This document shows, one piece after another, positions 56,901-64,000 of a stretch of 64,000 bases of DNA. This stretch comes from the human T2T-CHM13v2.0 reference genome, Homo sapiens. The DNA is taken from assembly GCF_009914755.1 (NCBI RefSeq), contig NC_060945.1. One strand, written 5' to 3'. A program made the position numbers and the translations under genes. Within the stretch, counting starts at the first letter, position 1, and each line of letters starts with the position of its first letter. The notes beneath the pieces were generated by a model that saw nothing but the letters and a program-made list of their open reading frames with translations, did no database searches and had not been told where the DNA came from.

Positions 56901-59900
56901 TGTGGGTTATTTTCATTCTTTACCACCAAATAAAGCGGCTTATTAGCTACTCAGTTACTTGCTACTCAAAGGTTAGGTCTTCCCTGTTCCTGCTTGGCAG
57001 TGTTAAAGCTTACAGGGTTAACTTATGATGATTCTCCTGGCTCATTTTCATCAGAGGCATGATGACTGGAAAGGGATCACATGGGTCGTTGGTGGTGACA
57101 CCTCACTGTTTCCTAGGTTTGGATAGAGAGATGTATACAAGACCTTTCCTGTTAAATTACGTGACTACAGAGACTTGCCAGGACAAAATTTTCCTAAGAA
57201 ATCAGAAAAATGATTAAGTGAGATAAGTACCTGGGTGACACAGATATTAGCCCGTTGGTAAAAGACAACAAATATTAGCTTAAAATCTGCATATGTAGAA
57301 TCATTTTCATTAGATTTAGAGCTTGAAGCACCTTGGCTCTCAGCTACTTTAAACTCCTCCCCATATAAATCAGGGCACCAATAAATAAGTTTCAGCTTTT
57401 TAAACCCTGGTTTGATGTTAAGCATTATAAAGTACGAAGTTTGTTACCACAGTAGAGATAATTTAGTAGAAAAATGCTTTGAGGCTTCAGTATTTGTAAG
57501 ATTTTGCATTAGCCAGATGCTAGGTTGTTGAAGGCATTTCAGTGTTGATAATAGCCTGAGCAGACTTCTTTACAAATGGGATCTGTTTCTATATGTGTAT
57601 ATGCCCACTTACCATTCAGAGAGACTGGTCTTTCTCTTTGTCTTCCTTCACATTGCTGTGTCAGTTCTACACCTAGTCTTTTCAGCACTTAGCAAATTCA
57701 AATTTTGATTTTTTTGTCAGCTTAGTTCACTTTAAGGCATATTGGCATGGTGTGTGAAAGTGATGTTTTGCCCCAGTATTGAGGACTTTTAGATCCAAAT
57801 AATGACTCATTAAATATAATTATGTTTTAAGTATACTGAATTTCTGTTAGCTTAAAATGTTAATTCTCAGGAATGATTTTCTCACACTTTGTGTTGGCTA
57901 ATAATAAAAGCACTGTTTTATTCTCAAAACTCCTTTTTCAAAAATTAGGGAGAGAGCAGTAGTGATCATTTATGTGAGCCCCTTTGAAATGATGGTGTCA
58001 GAGTGCAGAGAAACAATGGAGTTTTGATGCCAAAAAGGTTTTTTTGCAGTAAAAGTAAAAATTTGGAATTAGTTGGCATATAGAGGAACCCTTTTGTACT
58101 GGAACGTATGAGGCTGGATTGTGAAAAGGTAATCTTTCGATTGCTAGACTTGGTTAACTTAGGGCTGCAAATCTTTTTCTTCTGTCAAGGTCACTTAATA
58201 TGGAATGTTTTTGTCAGACTGTCCTTTGTTGGAATACTTTAGCTGTTCAGCTACTTTGACTCCTAGGAGAGAATTTAGTTAAGGTTCAAAGTAATTAACT
58301 GGCTTTGCCAGTGGTGAGTCCCACACCATTATTCACTTAGTAGTCATATAAATGTTTTTATTTAAACTTCTCTCTCTTCAATGCTGAGAATAAGGCTTTA
58401 AATTACTGATTCACCTTTAAAGGAATGTTGTGAGAATTGATGTAATTTCTGTTTCTGTTTCCATCTAAACTTCTTTATAAAAAGAGGGATTAGTTTTTTT
58501 GTTTTGGGGTAAGCACCTAATTTATCCAGTAACCAACAACCCTAACCATTGGCATATATAGTCTTTCACTCAGAAATAAACAAAAACTGTTTGGTATATC
58601 TGTATCATTGCTAATCTTGTGCACTTTACTTTTTGGGCAGTACCATACATAGTCTGAGGCTATTGACTTAAACCAATAACTGTACTTTATGTAATGACTC
58701 TTAAATTTGGTTACCTGGGTTCACAGCTTGCTTGAAGAGAAAGGATGCTAGAATAAAGTAAGCAGCTGAAGAGCGAGCAAATCAAGACAAAACACAGTGG
58801 TCTCAGATTTTTCGTAGTGTGGGAACAGTGGTTTTGCTCTATACCACTGAAAAGCACTATAACATAATTGTTGTCCATGATACTGAAGCTTTTCCCCTCA
58901 CTTCTAGGTTGTTTACATTCAGAGCTCTATCAATAAGAGGAATACATATTACAGTGAATTCGACAACCGCACAAGTTGGCAGTAGGTATCCCCAACCTAA
59001 TTTATCTTGGTAAATTCACCCTGTTTCCTAGTGCTGCTGGATAAAAGAGTGTTTACTTTTTATTGCTCTTAGACAGAGTAGTCTAGATAAGTTTTCAATT
59101 TATCAACATAGCCTAGACTTCTGTAAGTGGAATGTTCATTAGTAACTCATCTTTTTGTTGTTATAATTGGAAACAGAAACGAGGCTTATTGCTATTGCAG
59201 AAATCCCAAACTGGCAAAGGCCAGTATATATGGTATTCCATAATATAACCAGCTTTTGAAATTTATGTGTTTGGATTAGTGCCTTCTGGTTACCAGTATT
59301 GACTCTGCTAGTTTGCACCTTTCCGTTCTTAACAGAAAATTTGTATTTGTTATTCCTCTTAAATTTTGTCGTAACTAGTGAAGGAAGTAAAAAAAAAAAA
59401 AAAACATGCATTACATTGACATACTTTATGTGCAGCCTTTATTTAGGTTCAGTGAAACCAGGTAGTTCTGTATTTGTGTTGTAGCCTAAATGTTGTTTCT
59501 TTTATATCCATTAAAAACTTAAAGTTACTTATGTTCTGTGATCTTAATTTTGTTGTGTTTCCATTGTAGGTTGATAGGTATATCGAGAACAGGTACGTGA
59601 CAACAGTTTATATTCCATGATAGAAAGCTAAAGTCCATAGAAAGCACAAAATCGTGTTCACACATTAGTGTACCCACACATAGAAAGCACAAGACTAATA
59701 GTATTCTCTGTATCCCACAAGTGCCAGTCATAAAGGCCACCAGGTATTTGTCTCAGAGTTGCTATGAGCACTACAGTATTGATAAGCCCAAGACAATGCG
59801 GTATCTAAACTGGTCCTAATGGTAAGGGACCCAAAGGAATAATCTCAATAAGTTTGTACCACATTGATGGAGGGAGAGAATATAAATGTCAAGAATGCCA

Positions 59901-62335
59901 AAATTATATTTGGGGGTTACTAGCTAAAATGGGGTTTGAGGGCTTTTTACTGCAACTTGAAACTGGAGAAATAGGGACAGATGTCTAGGTTTTTGGTGGG
60001 TGGAACAGGTGACATATTTCTGTTTTAAGCTGTAGTGTGATTGGGGTTTTTTGTAAAAAATCTTAAATCTTTTAGGAAATATTACCTCTTAACAGTGCCC
60101 CCCCAAACATGCAGAAAGTCATACTTTAACAGGGCAAATACTACTTGTCTTTGATTTTTTTTGTGTACGTTTGTATGTGAGAGATGAAGTTACCTTTATT
60201 TTTTTCCTATACTTGACTGTGCTTCATTTTAATAAAGGATAATTTGATCTGAGTGTTCTGAGCATCAGACTAATTCTGAAGCATATTTGCTAGAGGAGCT
60301 ACTTTGCTTTTCACAATGGGGTGGAGAGGATTCTTTCACTTGTCCCATTAACCCTCTTCTAGTCTAGATGAGATGAAATCTGTTAATGTGTGTGTAGAAG
60401 AAAACGTATGTTCTTCTACTCAGCATTGCCCTTTTCCACCTCCTCACTTCACCTCCGAGTAGCTTGTTTATCAAGAATGAATGAATGTCTTTGTCTTAAA
60501 TTTTGCCCATGTGTTAAAAGATGTAATTCTCAGAATGGGAGAGAAATGACTACCTTTGTTCCTACTCTTTTATATAATTATCCTTTTAGGGAAAGACTTG
60601 GTCAACTCTAATATATCTAGAAGGAAGACTATATCTGGTGTAGACTAATATGAGATGTTTTAGAAGAGTTAACCTGAACACTTTGAGGGAGAGATTATTC
60701 TTGCCAGCAAAAAGCTAGCCAGGAATGAGCCTACCACATTATTTGAGAATATCAAACCTCAGGCCTGGGGGGATGAGGGGAAGAAGATTACCAGAAGTGC
60801 AGGAAAGAGAAGTTTGAGGAACACCCTTGGCTTAGCAACATGTGATAATGCAAAGCTGTTATAACCTGTTAATCCTACGTACTATGTGTTCTGTACCTTT
60901 ACATGTTTTTAAATTTAAGATAGTTTGTAAGAACTGTACAAAAAAATGCTTCTGGAGATTTCTTTGGCAGAAATGCCTTTCATCTATAATTTCATGGAGA
61001 ACTGCTTTAATTAGCCTAGGTGAAAAGTAGTCCTAGCAGTGTAAATATGTATAATTAGAGTTTTCTAATTTCACTGTGAGATCTCTAACTTTTGAGTGGC
61101 AAACAGATCAAGTCTTTTGCTCATAGACTTTTCTGTGGGGTTATTAAAATGCAAAAGCTTTATTTTTTTTAATAATGCCATACTCCATTAGTGTCAGATG
61201 ATGGTATGGAATTTGTTCCCTTGCTTTCCCCCACTGTTACTGCTTCAGTTTATAGATTGCCAGCAGAGTTCAGAAATAGAGCAGGGATTTACCCGTTCTT
61301 TGCTTGGACATCCCATTTTCTTTTGTCCAGACCCATGTTGGCAATCATGTATGAACTGTGTTATACTTCTCAGTGCTTTCTTTTTTCTTTTTGATAAGAT
61401 GGATATCAAAAATAGTTGCTGTGCAAAAGTTAGTAGTCTTCTTCAAGAAGAAAACCAATTCTTTTTCTAATAATATCCTGTGAAATTGCTTCATTCATTC
61501 ATTTATTTTTAAGCCAAATGTCAGCAGAGTGCTGCTGCTTTTATCTAGTAATTTTGATATGTAAGTATTAATGCATTTTTAAAAGATGTCTACATTGAAA
61601 CATGTTCTTCCCAGTGTCCTGCTTATGATGCTTTGTTCAGATTTTTTGTAAGAGACCAGTTAGTACACTGGGGGTGTATATTGTGTACATGTGTCATTTT
61701 AGTTAGGCATTGTAGGCCAAATGTGATTATAAATGAAGTTGATGAACATTAATTTTGTTATTAGTGAGTTTTTTGAATTGTAAATGGATTTCCAGTTTAC
61801 CTTCTGTTGTCTACAGCTTTTTTAATTTTAAGGTTTGACTAATTGTATCCATCTCATTGTACAGTGTTTTAGTTGCAAGCAGAAAGTAGAATTTGGTATA
61901 AAGCAGGTTATTTCTATATTGAAAGGAGTACAGTTGAAATTGTAGATTTAAGATTGTTAAAATCATGACAATTCTAACTTGTCTATTCTAACCTATTGTG
62001 TACAATCTGATTTTTTAAAATTGTAAACATGTATGATCTTGGTTTCATGTGTTTTTGAAAGTGTTATTGTTTAAAAAATGAAAAAAGCATATCTGCTAAA
62101 GAGCTGTCAGTTTTCATTACTGACTCTGTAAAATACACTGTTCTTTGTGTACTGTGTGTTATTTTGCCAGCTGCTGCATTAGCCTTCAAAAGTATTTGGA
62201 AACTTAAGATGAACTACATTTCTTGCAAAGTACATTCCTTTCTGTGGTATTTTGTCCTGTAACTGAAGTATAGTAATTATTTTATGGAAATGTTAGCAAT
62301 TCTGTACCAACTTTGAATAAAATGAAAAATTTATA
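50936..62335 (+). other. SLC5A3: SLC5A3 terminal exon 2 (~11.4 kb): 334-nt 5'UTR portion, CDS and ~8.9 kb 3'UTR
   Basis: Branch point CTCTAAT at 50895-50901, a polypyrimidine tract, and TTGCAG|G at 50935/50936. The exon ends after AATAAA 62316-62321. Repeat-derived sequence (L1, Alu) resumes right after ~62.5 kb. Confidence 0.85.
51270..53426 (+). CDS. SLC5A3: Sodium/myo-inositol cotransporter 1 (SMIT1), 718 aa, intronless CDS, SSS/SLC5 family
   Basis: 2157 nt ORF from AGA-ATG (A at -3). SLC5 motifs GYFLAGRSM, ASLFVSNIGSEHFIGLAGSGA, YTMPEYLSKRFGG, WYWCADQVIVQRVLAAK and LMSDLDSIFNSASTIFTLDVY are present, with many TM helices and a C-terminal TM. The 757-aa ORF-track call adds 39 codons from a GTG. 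Confidence 0.98.
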   Translation: MRAVLDTADIAIVALYFILVMCIGFFAMWKSNRSTVSGYFLAGRSMTWVAIGASLFVSNIGSEHFIGLAGSGAASGFAVGAWEFNALLLLQLLGWVFIPIYIRSGVYTMPEYLSKRFGGHRIQVYFAALSLILYIFTKLSVDLYSGALFIQESLGWNLYVSVILLIGMTALLTVTGGLVAVIYTDTLQALLMIIGALTLMIISIMEIGGFEEVKRRYMLASPDVTSILLTYNLSNTNSCNVSPKKEALKMLRNPTDEDVPWPGFILGQTPASVWYWCADQVIVQRVLAAKNIAHAKGSTLMAGFLKLLPMFIIVVPGMISRILFTDDIACINPEHCMLVCGSRAGCSNIAYPRLVMKLVPVGLRGLMMAVMIAALMSDLDSIFNSASTIFTLDVYKLIRKSASSRELMIVGRIFVAFMVVISIAWVPIIVEMQGGQMYLYIQEVADYLTPPVAALFLLAIFWKRCNEQGAFYGGMAGFVLGAVRLILAFAYRAPECDQPDNRPGFIKDIHYMYVATGLFWVTGLITVIVSLLTPPPTKEQIRTTTFWSKKNLVVKENCSPKEEPYKMQEKSILRCSENNETINHIIPNGKSEDSIKGLQPEDVNLLVTCREEGNPVASLGHSEAETPVDAYSNGQAALMGEKERKKETDDGGRYWKFIDWFCGFKSKSLSKRSLRDLMEEEAVCLQMLEETRQVKVILNIGLFAVCSLGIFMFVYFSL

Positions 62336-62350
62336 TTTCTGTGACTAAGT
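62316..62350 (+). terminator. Distal SLC5A3 polyadenylation signal and site (an intronic poly(A) site with respect to MRPS6)
   Basis: AATAAA at 62316-62321, several upstream TGTA (CFIm) motifs (e.g. 62303), and a U/GU-rich element downstream. Confidence 0.75.
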
Positions 62351-62559
62351 ATTTTCAGTATGAACACTGCCACAATGTAGTGTTCTGGGTCTCAGAGTTG
62401 AAGAAGAGTTTGTACCTCAGTTTCTTTTGCCCTTGGCCCATGAATGGTTTCCAGTGAATTTCCCCCTACTAATTTTTGTCATTTTTAATCTTTGTAAACA
62501 CTGACTCACAGGTATTGACTGAGAATAGGATTATGTGTAAAACATAGAGTAAATTAAAA

Positions 62560-64000
<1,441 letters not shown>

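Noticed and set aside
59389-59404. A-run in the 3'UTR as a remnant retrocopy poly(A) tail
   Set aside because: No TSD or adjacent poly(A) signal, and the gene is far too old for a tail to persist. It is a simple homopolymer.

Overview
Primate (very likely human chr21) genomic DNA covering the nested MRPS6/SLC5A3 locus on the + strand. Bases 1-28.5 kb are repeat-dense upstream DNA: 16 Alus plus L1/L2/MIR, MaLR/ERV LTRs and DNA-transposon MITEs. A CpG-island promoter (~28.9-30.3 kb) drives a single first exon that encodes the first 15 codons of mitoribosomal protein MRPS6 (ATG 29771, donor 29816). About 21 kb downstream is a giant terminal exon (acceptor 50935/50936, distal AATAAA 62316). It carries the intronless 718-codon SLC5A3 (SMIT1, Na+/myo-inositol cotransporter) CDS at 51270-53426 and a ~8.9 kb 3'UTR with no recognisable repeats. 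The remaining MRPS6 exons lie beyond the window. The nesting itself is known. The most interesting sequence-level observations are: (1) when exon 1 is spliced to the SLC5A3 exon, the MRPS6 start codon becomes a 22-codon hybrid uORF, followed by two 9-codon uORFs and a tandem AATAAA upstream of the SLC5A3 ATG; (2) the shared promoter carries a perfect heat-shock element plus a TonE/NFAT5 site overlapping a second HSE-like array; (3) there are candidate early poly(A) and poison-exon switches in intron 1; and (4) several template-switch scars lie in the upstream repeats. Repeat subfamily names are by-eye recognitions, not RepeatMasker output.
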